Assembly: GCA_030648715.1 (NCBI GenBank)
Contig: JAUSGZ010000014.1
Span: 1,055-65,054 of the forward strand
Source of the DNA: a bacterium
GTDB taxonomy: Bacteria; Patescibacteriota; Patescibacteriia; Buchananbacterales; GWA2-38-13
Reading direction: 5' to 3'
Length of the DNA: 64,000 nucleotides
The first letter of the stretch is position 1. The number at the start of each line of letters is the position of its first letter. A program made the translations under genes and the position numbers. The notes beneath the pieces were generated by a model. The model did no database searches. It saw nothing but the letters and a program-made list of their open reading frames with translations, and was not told where the DNA came from. Shown piece by piece: positions 19,365 through 27,977 of the stretch.

Positions 19365-19393
19365 TTGACAGACCGGCGCGGCGGGTCTACCAT
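19365..19393 (+). promoter_or_regulatory. Putative sigma70 promoter
   Basis: TTGACA-17 bp-TACCAT; GGAGG SD before ATG 19456. Confidence 0.65.
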
Positions 19394-19455
19394 TCGCCCG
19401 CGCGACTGGAACGTTTCCAGCCCCTTCACAACCCACCCCAACCGGAGGACTTTCC

Positions 19456-20535
19456 ATGGATCAGGCCGGATGGATCACCCGCCTGCAAGAACGCGAAGTG
19501 CTGTGGCGGCACGATGGCAAAACCGCGCGGCCGCACGCCGAGCTCACGTCGGGTCGGCACTCCGACGCCTTCTTCAACTGCAGCCGCATCATCCAAGATC
19601 CCGCGCTCCTCGCGGAGGTCTGCCGCGACATCGCGGCGCGCACCGACGGCCAACAGCGGCCCGATCGGATCTTTGGCACCGCCTACGGCAGCATCCCGCT
19701 CGCCCTGGAACTGGCGACCGCTTTCACCTGCCGCTTCGGCTTCACCGAACGCGAGGTGGGGGGCCCGCTGACGTTGAAGCGCTTTGATATCAAAGCCGGC
19801 GAACGCGTACTGGTCATCACCGGCTGCCACACGATGGAAAACCTCGCCACGATCGCCGAGACCGTCGGCCTGGTGGAAGCGCGCGGCGCGCGGGTACTGC
19901 CGAAGGTCGGCGCGCTGGTGTCCCGCGATGGAGGCACGGTCGCTGCCGGACGTCCGGTATTCGCGATGGACCTCGCCGTCAAATTCTGGGCGGAACGTTT
20001 CTACGACCTGCTCAAGTACGGCGCTGCGCAGGCCGCCATCGACAACCCCGGGATGTTGGAAAACATCGCCCGCGACCTGGTGTGCAATCTCCGGCTCGCC
20101 CCCGAGGAACAGCCTGCCTGGGTGGTTGCGACCGGCATCGATGCCATCGCATTCAGCTACATCCTCGCCAAACACCTCGGGTGTAACGCGGGGTTTGCCG
20201 AGCGCGAGATGCGCAAGGACGCGCCCCTGGCGCTGTGGCAGTTCCCCGCGCCGAACGGGTTGAAAGTGCTGGCGGCCGACGACGTCATCACCACCGGCGG
20301 CTCCACGCTGCAAACCATCGCAGCCCTCCGAGCTGCCGGCGCAACGGCGCTGCCCTACTGCTGCGCCATTGCCAACCGCTCAGGCAAGCCGTTGCTGCAC
20401 GATCGCCCGATCTTCTCGCTGCTGGACCTCTCCTGCAGCGACTGGGCTCCCGAGGACTGCCCGCTCTGCCGCCAAGGCTCCACCGCCATCCGCCCCAAAG
20501 GCCGCTGGCACGAACTGACGCAGCCGGTTTCATAG
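19456..20535 (+). CDS. Orotate phosphoribosyltransferase-like protein with duplicated PRT core
   Basis: 'HAELTSGRHSDAFFN', PRPP motif 'VLAADDVITTGGST', C-terminal 'CPLC..GS.AIRPK'. Confidence 0.8.
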   Translation: MDQAGWITRLQEREVLWRHDGKTARPHAELTSGRHSDAFFNCSRIIQDPALLAEVCRDIAARTDGQQRPDRIFGTAYGSIPLALELATAFTCRFGFTEREVGGPLTLKRFDIKAGERVLVITGCHTMENLATIAETVGLVEARGARVLPKVGALVSRDGGTVAAGRPVFAMDLAVKFWAERFYDLLKYGAAQAAIDNPGMLENIARDLVCNLRLAPEEQPAWVVATGIDAIAFSYILAKHLGCNAGFAEREMRKDAPLALWQFPAPNGLKVLAADDVITTGGSTLQTIAALRAAGATALPYCCAIANRSGKPLLHDRPIFSLLDLSCSDWAPEDCPLCRQGSTAIRPKGRWHELTQPVS

Positions 20536-20606
20536 CCGACGCAAAAAGATCGGCGCTCCTTCCGCCGACACCGCCCTTTCGCCCCGCCGACACGACGGGG
20601 CCTTTT

Positions 20607-21602
20607 TTATACCCGGAAGTGCGCCCGGTACCACGCGACGAATTTCTGCAGCCCGTCGGCAAATTTGGTCGTCGGTTCCCATCCCAAAAGGCGCTTGGCC
20701 TTGGCAACATCGGCAAAAGTTTTCGGCACGTCGCCAGGCTGCATCGGCAGCATCCTGGTGTTTGCCTTCACCCCCAGCGCGGCTTCCAAAGTTGCGACGA
20801 ATTCGCCGAGTCGTATCGGCTGGTGATTACCGAGGTTGATGAGCTCGTACCCCTGGGGCCGATCGATGGCGGTCACCACGCCCCGGACGATATCATCAAC
20901 AAAGGTAAAGTCGCGCTCCATATTCCCATGGTTGTAGAGGTCGACGGTCGCGCCGGAGAGCATCTTTTGCGTGAAACTGAAGTACGCCATGTCGGGCCGG
21001 CCCCACGGTCCGTAGACGGTGAAGAACCGCAACCCCGTGCAGGGGGTCGCGTGCAGCCGGTGATAGTTAAGCGCGAGCAGTTCCACGGTTCGCTTGGTGG
21101 CCGCATACAACGAGACGGGCTGCTCCACGCGGTCATCCTCGCTGAAAGGAACCTTGTCATTATCGCCGTACACCGACGAGGAAGAAGCGAAGATGAACGG
21201 TGGATTGCCATGCCGGCGGGAAATCTCCAACAGCGTGAGTGTACCCAGCACGTTGGACTCCACATACACGCGCGGGTTCTCCAGGGAGTAACGTACTCCG
21301 GCTTGCGCTGCCAGATGAGCTATCTTGTCGAACGCATGGTCGCGGAAGATCTTTTCCATCGCCGAGCGGTCGGTCAGGTCGGCGCGCACCACGGTCGGCG
21401 AGAATTCTGCAAGCAAATGCTGCACCCGCGCCTCCTTGAGCGCCGGGTCATAGTAGGGATTGAAATTATCTACGACAACGACTTGGTCGCCGCGCGAAAG
21501 CAACGCTCGCGCCACATGCGCCCCAATGAAGCCAGCACCGCCCGTAACCAGGATCGTTTGCGGCTTGCCCGGCAGTCCAATGGTCGAGCGTGTCTTACTC
21601 AC
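20607..21602 (-). CDS. UDP-glucuronate 4-epimerase-like NAD-dependent epimerase
   Basis: TGGAGFIG, 'HLAAQAGVRYSLENP', YAATK, 'FFTVYGPWGRPDMA', 'MQPGDV'. Confidence 0.92.
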   Translation of the reverse strand: MSKTRSTIGLPGKPQTILVTGGAGFIGAHVARALLSRGDQVVVVDNFNPYYDPALKEARVQHLLAEFSPTVVRADLTDRSAMEKIFRDHAFDKIAHLAAQAGVRYSLENPRVYVESNVLGTLTLLEISRRHGNPPFIFASSSSVYGDNDKVPFSEDDRVEQPVSLYAATKRTVELLALNYHRLHATPCTGLRFFTVYGPWGRPDMAYFSFTQKMLSGATVDLYNHGNMERDFTFVDDIVRGVVTAIDRPQGYELINLGNHQPIRLGEFVATLEAALGVKANTRMLPMQPGDVPKTFADVAKAKRLLGWEPTTKFADGLQKFVAWYRAHFRV

Positions 21603-21736
21603 ATGACTAGGTTAAAATTTTCTGCCTCGGCCTGCATCAATTCCACCAATCCGTTGCACTACCGGGCATATTCGTAGAATAGATATGTAGCACAGCCGGA
21701 CACTTTTGGCTAGGTTGACTGTACGACAAAAGAATA

Positions 21737-22594
21737 ATGCGCTACCGTACCAGTATGGAGCCCTCACCAACTACCACTCCGCAAATCACGAACGTCACGA
21801 AGGAAACTTCAACCTATATCAAAAACCACCTCGGCGGGTGGCGCTGGGTTGCTTTGGCTGCCACGATTGCCTGGTCCGGCGCGACGGTATGGTTTGGGAT
21901 CCAAAACCATTGGGACGATGACGGAATTGGCATCCTCGCGTTTCTGCCGTGGATCGCCATTATCATCTACGTCGGAATAGTCCAGGGGAAAATTCGTGAA
22001 CAGTTCTGGCAACAGTTCGCGGTCCGGCTGGGTTTTGCCTACGAAAAGAGCGGCGACCCGGCGCAGGAACGCGCGACCCGTTTCCAGCAGGGCCACAGCA
22101 AAAAAATGAGCCACGTGGTCAGCGGCGAGCTCAACGGCCGACCGCTGCGGCTGTTCAGCTACCAGTACACCGTCGGCAGCGGGAAAAACAGCCACACCTA
22201 CTACTATACCGTCATGGAATTCAAGGTCGCCGGCCGCTTCCCCCACCTCTACCTGGACAGCCGCAGCAACTGGGAAGGCGCCGGCAAGGGGGTGAGGATC
22301 CCGCTCCCCGCGGAATTTGAAAAAGAATTCCGGCTGCTGGCCCCGAAAGAGTACGAAATCGAGGCGCTGCAAATTTTCACGCCGGATGTGCTCGCGTACT
22401 TGCTGGACACGAAACTCCAGTACGACGCGGAACTGGTCGACCAGGAACTCCTCCTGTTCATCGGCGGCCTCGCCGACACCCTGGAAAAACTGGAGCAAGA
22501 TTTTGCCATTGCCATCAACCTCCTCAACCGCCTCGCGCCCGTGCTGGACAAAATGCGGTTCACGGAGATCAAGTACCATTCCCCGGCGTTGTAG
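21737..22594 (+). CDS. Hypothetical membrane protein (2 N-terminal TMs, DUF3137-like)
   Basis: Two TMs followed by 'YQYTVGSGKNSHTY' and 'EFEKEF..IEALQIFTPD'. Confidence 0.75.
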   Translation: MRYRTSMEPSPTTTPQITNVTKETSTYIKNHLGGWRWVALAATIAWSGATVWFGIQNHWDDDGIGILAFLPWIAIIIYVGIVQGKIREQFWQQFAVRLGFAYEKSGDPAQERATRFQQGHSKKMSHVVSGELNGRPLRLFSYQYTVGSGKNSHTYYYTVMEFKVAGRFPHLYLDSRSNWEGAGKGVRIPLPAEFEKEFRLLAPKEYEIEALQIFTPDVLAYLLDTKLQYDAELVDQELLLFIGGLADTLEKLEQDFAIAINLLNRLAPVLDKMRFTEIKYHSPAL

Positions 22595-22601
22595 GGGAAT
22601 G

Positions 22602-22633
22602 AAAAACGCCCCGAGACTGCGGGGCGTTTTTTT
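22602..22633. terminator. Bidirectional rho-independent terminator
   Basis: aaaaacgccccg agactg cggggcgttttt between convergent genes. Confidence 0.85.
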
Positions 22634-22638
22634 ATTAT

Positions 22639-24897
22639 CTACCGTTTCGCTTCTTCCGCCAGCTGTTCGGGAGTTTTTATCTTGAGCGTGCGCTCCTTGG
22701 GCTGCTGCGGACGGACCTTTGGGCCAGCCAAGGGGATGGAGAACGAGAACACGCTGCCTTTGCCTTCGCCTTTGGACTCGGCGCCGATCATTCCCTCATG
22801 GATATCCACGATTTTTTTTGCGACGTACAGGCCCAGGCCCGTGCCCTCGGTGTGCACCAGCGCCGACCCGCGCCCGCGGGAGAATTTCTGGAAGAGGTGG
22901 GCGATAGTTTCCTTACTCATCCCCATACCGCTGTCCTGGACCGAGAACGTCAGGTACCCGGCCGGCTGTGCCGACAGCACAACATGGATGCTCCCCTTTT
23001 CGGTGTACTTCACGGCGTTATCTATGAAATTGATCATCACCTCGTGCAGTTTGTCTTTATCAACCACGGGTTTGGGCAGCGGTTTCGCCGGCTTTTCCAG
23101 CACGAGCGTTAGCTTTTTCTTCTCCGCCTGCGGCTTAAGGCTCTCCACGACGCCGGCGGCCATTTCATAACAGTCGGTCGGTTCCCACGTGTAAACCTGG
23201 CGGCCTGATTCAATGCGCGAAATGTTGAGCAGATCTTCCACCAAACCAATGAGCCGCTCGTTGGCTTCATAGACTTTGTCCAGCTGCTTGTGGATGAGCG
23301 GCGGGACCCTGCCGAAGGCCTGCTCGTTGATCATGGAGATAAACCCCTTGATGATGGTGAGCGGCGTACGCAGCTGGTGGCTGGCGATGGATATGAACTC
23401 GGACTTAGTGGCATCCAACCGCCGCAATTCGGCGTTCGCCGCCCGTAATTCCTGCGTGGCCTTGCGGACCTCATCTTTCAAAACTTCCGCGAAGTGCTTT
23501 TGCTCTTCATAGAGCAAGGCGTTCTCAATGGAGACTGCCAACTGCCCCGAGACGATCTTGAGCACCCGCAAGTCCTGGCTATTGTACGGCTCGCCTGATT
23601 TCTTGTTGCCGATGACAACCACCCCGATGAGCTTATCCTGTAAGCGGAGAGGGACGATGACTGCCAGATCCTGCTCGTGCATCGCCAGCATCAATTCAGG
23701 TTTAACGAACAGCTGGAGATTTTCTCCGTTCTCGTACTCGGTCTTGCGTTCTTCAATGACGAAAATGCCGGGCGTGCGCTTGAACTGTTCGAACATCACC
23801 CGCTCGTTGCCGCGCGCCAGCGCTTCGGCAACTCCTGGCGGGAACCCCTCCTGGTGAGCGATGTACAGTTTGCTTTTTTTATTGATGAGCGCCACGCCGA
23901 GCTTGTCCGCATGGAACGCTTCCGTCAAGGTGTGCGAAATGGACTGCAGGAGGTGGGCGAAATCCAGAGTGGACGATGTAATATGGTTGACCCGCGCGAT
24001 GAGCACATCCGGGTCGTAGGATTTTTTGTACAGGAAAGTATTGGTCGCGCGCTCAATGATGTCCCGCAGCGGTTTGTAAAAGACCGTCACCAACACCGCC
24101 AGAATGACGCCGGACAAAATGTTGGACTGCAGCCCCGCTAATTCTGCAAAGAGATAGGTAAAGAGCGCTGAAATGATCGAGAAAATACCGGTGATGATGA
24201 AAACGATGGCGCCGAAGGCAATGGTCCTAAAGATAATTACCCGAATATCCATGAATCGGTATTTCGCTATAGCGTAAGCCGTGAAGGAAACAAAAAATAT
24301 AGAACTTGCTGAATCGAGTGGGATAAACTCATTAATACCGAAAAGCGGAAGAATAACACTTACGGAGGTGGCTATAGTAGCGTAAATACTCAAGCCAATA
24401 AGTACATAGAGAATCTGTTTCCGCCGAACTCCACTAGATTGGTAAAATTTACTAAAGAGATAAAATAAACTGAAAAATAAAATTGAAATAATATATAAAC
24501 CGTAAATTGGAAAAAGTAATCCGTATCGCGCGTCGCCACCGCCGAAGGTGATGTTCTCTGCACCGACCAAAATAAGGTTTGAAAACTGTGCCAACAGTGC
24601 AAAAAAAGAACCGCAGAGATAAAGAATCCCGGTCAATTGTCGGCTGAATCGTCCGGTAGCAAAGTACAGAATCCATGCCACACACGCGGAAACAAGAAAA
24701 ACAGCGGTAGCATAACCGTTACGCAATAAAGCTAAACTAGGAAAAACGCCCGTTAAGAAATTATTAATCACCCAGTACCCAGAAATGAGTGCGAAAATAA
24801 AAAATAATTTTGCTGACAATATTTTCCGTTTCGAATATAAAACGATGAAAGCCAGAGCAACGTTCAAAACGCCAACCAAAAGCAAGAAATAAACCAT
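22639..24897 (-). CDS. Sensor histidine kinase: multi-TM (HisKA_7TM-like) + GAF + HisKA + HATPase
   Basis: About 9 hydrophobic segments; GAF 'IVPLRLQDKLIGVVVIG..Y..DL'; H-box 'ASHQLRTPL'; N-box 'NFIDNAVKYT'; G boxes 'DSGMG' and 'GTGLGL'. Start taken at ATG 24897. Confidence 0.95.
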   Translation of the reverse strand: MVYFLLLVGVLNVALAFIVLYSKRKILSAKLFFIFALISGYWVINNFLTGVFPSLALLRNGYATAVFLVSACVAWILYFATGRFSRQLTGILYLCGSFFALLAQFSNLILVGAENITFGGGDARYGLLFPIYGLYIISILFFSLFYLFSKFYQSSGVRRKQILYVLIGLSIYATIATSVSVILPLFGINEFIPLDSASSIFFVSFTAYAIAKYRFMDIRVIIFRTIAFGAIVFIITGIFSIISALFTYLFAELAGLQSNILSGVILAVLVTVFYKPLRDIIERATNTFLYKKSYDPDVLIARVNHITSSTLDFAHLLQSISHTLTEAFHADKLGVALINKKSKLYIAHQEGFPPGVAEALARGNERVMFEQFKRTPGIFVIEERKTEYENGENLQLFVKPELMLAMHEQDLAVIVPLRLQDKLIGVVVIGNKKSGEPYNSQDLRVLKIVSGQLAVSIENALLYEEQKHFAEVLKDEVRKATQELRAANAELRRLDATKSEFISIASHQLRTPLTIIKGFISMINEQAFGRVPPLIHKQLDKVYEANERLIGLVEDLLNISRIESGRQVYTWEPTDCYEMAAGVVESLKPQAEKKKLTLVLEKPAKPLPKPVVDKDKLHEVMINFIDNAVKYTEKGSIHVVLSAQPAGYLTFSVQDSGMGMSKETIAHLFQKFSRGRGSALVHTEGTGLGLYVAKKIVDIHEGMIGAESKGEGKGSVFSFSIPLAGPKVRPQQPKERTLKIKTPEQLAEEAKR

Positions 24898-24905
24898 ATC
24901 TAGAT

Positions 24906-25928
24906 CTAATGGACTTCTTTCCGGAGGCAATAGTTGATATTAAACCACGCAACGGTTCTATCCATCGCCTTCTCAAAACTTAAAAAACCATTATCGAGAT
25001 GCTGTTTCATTGAGCTGGAATCAACCTCTAGGCTGGACGTTACCATTGAAAGGCTCGACCGAGTAATCATTGGTCTTGTCTTTATGCCTAACAATCGGTG
25101 ATAATTCTCAAACAATAAGGAGGCGACATAGCCTAAGACGTACGGAATATTCACGACGACGGCTTTTGCATTACAGGCTGGTTTAAAAAATGTCACGAAC
25201 TGTCGCCACGTAATCTTAGCATCGTCGCAGAGATTCATTTTGGTGCCGCTGGGTAATCCATCGATGCGATCTAAAACATTCCTGACGAAAAAGGCAAAAT
25301 TCTCAACGTACAATAACGGTATATATGTATCCTTCTTACCAGGCAGTAAAAGAAAACCTTGCTTTAGGTTGTGGATAATTTCTGGAATCAAGGTTTTATC
25401 ACCTGGACCGAACAGCCACGCTGGCCGAAGAATAACAACCTTAAAATATTCACGACTATCAACGGCGGCTAACTCGCCAAGAAGTTTCGTTTTTTGGTAG
25501 GGATGGCCCGAAGAAGTGTAAGGAGTAGTTTCGGAAAGTACCGTGTGTTTCCCGTGCTTATAGTCCAAAACATCAATGGTACTTATGTAGAGGAAATTTT
25601 TAATCGCAGCTAGACGCGATGCCTCCAGTAACCGACGCGTCCCATTAACGTTAACCTCATAAAAAATTTCCTTGGGACCCCAATCAGATACGACAGCCGC
25701 TGAATGGATAACATGCTCTATCTCATTTTTCTCTAAAAGGTCAAACAGGGCTTCTGCACTGCTCAAATCACCTTGTAACAGGGTAATCCTCGGATTATTG
25801 ACGAATAATTGAGTGTGTACACTAATTTTTCTTACCAAGGCGTATACTTGGTAACCATGCAAAGCCAACACTTTGCATATAGAGCGCCCCGCAAACCCAT
25901 TCGCTCCGGTTACTAAAACTTTTGCCAC
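24906..25928 (-). CDS. Extended SDR (3-beta-HSD/epimerase-like) oxidoreductase
   Basis: TGANGFAG, 'VNVNGT', YQKTK, 'ILRPAWLFGPGD'; GTG start. Confidence 0.9.
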   Translation of the reverse strand: MAKVLVTGANGFAGRSICKVLALHGYQVYALVRKISVHTQLFVNNPRITLLQGDLSSAEALFDLLEKNEIEHVIHSAAVVSDWGPKEIFYEVNVNGTRRLLEASRLAAIKNFLYISTIDVLDYKHGKHTVLSETTPYTSSGHPYQKTKLLGELAAVDSREYFKVVILRPAWLFGPGDKTLIPEIIHNLKQGFLLLPGKKDTYIPLLYVENFAFFVRNVLDRIDGLPSGTKMNLCDDAKITWRQFVTFFKPACNAKAVVVNIPYVLGYVASLLFENYHRLLGIKTRPMITRSSLSMVTSSLEVDSSSMKQHLDNGFLSFEKAMDRTVAWFNINYCLRKEVH

Positions 25929-25939
25929 GTAGGTGTTCG

Positions 25940-27160
25940 TTACGACCCTTGCCTTTTTTCTAATTTTTCAAGTAGCTTATCAATATGCTGCTTCGTATGG
26001 CTTGCTGTCAGGGTCAAACGTAGCCGTTCGTAGCCGACCTCGACTGCGGGTCGCCGAATGGCCGGAGCCAAAATCCCCGCCTTATATAGCGCATCGGAAA
26101 GTTCAATTACTTTTTTCTCGGAGCGTACCATTAGCGGAACGATCGCTGTCTCGCCGGGTATGGTCTCCAGACCTAAGCGCTGCAGCCCTTGACGCAGGTG
26201 GGTAGCATTCTCTTTCAGTTGTTTTCGGAGACCATGCCCATCGCGGATGATCTCTAGAGTCTTGAGCAGCCCAGCAACAAAGGCCGGCGGTATTGGGTCT
26301 GAAAAAATATAGCCGCGTCCGGTCACGCGAATGTAATCCGCCAAATCTTTTGAAATGGCGGCGACGTAGCCGCCAATACTCCCCCATGCCTTCGTGAAAC
26401 TCGCCATTACCAAATCTACTTTCCCTGCGACACCAAGGTGAGCGGCGGTACCCTCGCCGTTCGGTCCTAATACACCGGCACCATGGGCGTCGTCTACGTA
26501 TAACACTGCGTCATACTCCTGGCTTAAATCGACCAATCGAGGAAGATCAGCAAAGTCGCCATCCATGCTAAAAACGCCGTCGGTAACGATCGCCTTGCGA
26601 ACTATTTTACGACGGCGCAGCTCTCGTTCGAGTCCGTCGTAGTCGCGGTGTTTATAGATCACTCGTTCTGCATACGACAGGCGCACTGCATCAACGATAC
26701 TGGCATGGTTCAGCTGGTCACTGAAAATGGCACCCGGTTTGTCTTTCTTGATCAATGGAAAATATGGGAAAGGGTCTGCCAAATACCGTATGACACTTGT
26801 ATTCGCGAGAAAGCCAGAGGAGAAGGTCACCGAATCCTTAACCTGCAAGAAATTCGCCAGTTCCCTCTCAAATTGCTGTTGAACGTCCAATGAACCCGAC
26901 AGTAGCCGAGTGCTCCCGGAGCCAACGCCGTAGCGTTCAACCGCTTGCTGAACTGCAAGTTTAATTTCAGGATTATTTGCCAACCCCAAATAGTTATTGG
27001 AACAGAAGGAGAGATATTTCTTACCCCCAATGATAATTTCCGGAGCGGTCGAGGGGCCGGAAATTTCTGGTATGCGAGGGTATAAATTGTTTTCGCGGAG
27101 GTGACGAACGACTTCTGAAAAATACCCAAGTTTGCCATCCTGCATACCTTCATCCGACAT
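25940..27160 (-). CDS. PLP-dependent alpha-oxoamine synthase (BioF/SPT/KBL/CqsA family)
   Basis: 'FCSNNYLGL', 'DQLNHASIVD', 'DGVFSMDGD', 'DDAHG', PLP-Lys in 'SFTKAWG', 'RLRLT'. Confidence 0.93.
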   Translation of the reverse strand: MSDEGMQDGKLGYFSEVVRHLRENNLYPRIPEISGPSTAPEIIIGGKKYLSFCSNNYLGLANNPEIKLAVQQAVERYGVGSGSTRLLSGSLDVQQQFERELANFLQVKDSVTFSSGFLANTSVIRYLADPFPYFPLIKKDKPGAIFSDQLNHASIVDAVRLSYAERVIYKHRDYDGLERELRRRKIVRKAIVTDGVFSMDGDFADLPRLVDLSQEYDAVLYVDDAHGAGVLGPNGEGTAAHLGVAGKVDLVMASFTKAWGSIGGYVAAISKDLADYIRVTGRGYIFSDPIPPAFVAGLLKTLEIIRDGHGLRKQLKENATHLRQGLQRLGLETIPGETAIVPLMVRSEKKVIELSDALYKAGILAPAIRRPAVEVGYERLRLTLTASHTKQHIDKLLEKLEKRQGS

Positions 27161-27331
27161 TATTACGAGTTATCAACCACACAACATTATACCGCTTTTG
27201 GCAAGGGAAAACAAAAAAACCGGCGTGGGTCGGGTATCTACGCGGAGTAAAAAAATGAACGGATAACTCTAATTGCGGCTACCAGCTATTTCTAGTATAG
27301 TTATATTATCCCGACAAGAACTCAGGATTGT

Positions 27332-27901
27332 ATGACACAGGAAAAGCCGAACCCAAGCTCCGCACCAGGAGTCGTACTGCGCACAGCCATTCTCCTATTT
27401 ATCTATGGCATCGCTGGTCTTATCTACCTTTTTTGGGTTATCCAAGGAAGCTACGGGGCGATTTTCCTCGCCATTGACGGCTTGGTTTTTATCTTGGTGA
27501 TATTGACGGGTTCAATATGGACAATTATGGCTGGACTTTCATTAATTTCTAGAAAAAAACTTCCTACCAACAATTTAGGATGGGTGGCTACCCTCACAAT
27601 ATTGCCAGCATCTTTTGCAGCATACGATATCGCAAGCTATTATGGTATGCCAATTATTGGGGCATGGGCGGCACTTATTGGAGGTTTAATAATTTTTTAT
27701 AAAAAACTTTCAAAAGATATTAGATTGGTTATGATTTTAATCGCAGTACCTACGGGCATTCTGGCATACGATATTTTGAGACATAGCAGCAAAACACAAA
27801 TCATTGGCGACCTTACCACTTCAGGATTGTTTATTTTTGTAATCATCCTCTACCATCACCTACAAGCTTCTATCAAAGTCCTTAAACGACAGCAAGAGTA
27901 G
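27332..27901 (+). CDS. Hypothetical multi-pass membrane protein
   Basis: 189 aa, about 6 TMs, low GC. Confidence 0.7.
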   Translation: MTQEKPNPSSAPGVVLRTAILLFIYGIAGLIYLFWVIQGSYGAIFLAIDGLVFILVILTGSIWTIMAGLSLISRKKLPTNNLGWVATLTILPASFAAYDIASYYGMPIIGAWAALIGGLIIFYKKLSKDIRLVMILIAVPTGILAYDILRHSSKTQIIGDLTTSGLFIFVIILYHHLQASIKVLKRQQE

Positions 27902-27918
27902 TAAATTTTGGGGGCAAA

Positions 27919-27951
27919 AAAATCCCGACAATGTTACACTGTCGGGATTTT
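27919..27951. terminator. Bidirectional terminator
   Basis: aaaatcccgaca atgttacac tgtcgggatttt. Confidence 0.8.
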
Positions 27952-27977
27952 GGTTCACGAAAGAGCTTACCTCCCTT

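Noticed and set aside
25940-27160. Annotation as bioF (biotin synthesis)
   Set aside because: No bioA/B/D nearby and the operon context is a reductase plus sensor kinase. The family is certain but the specific function is not.
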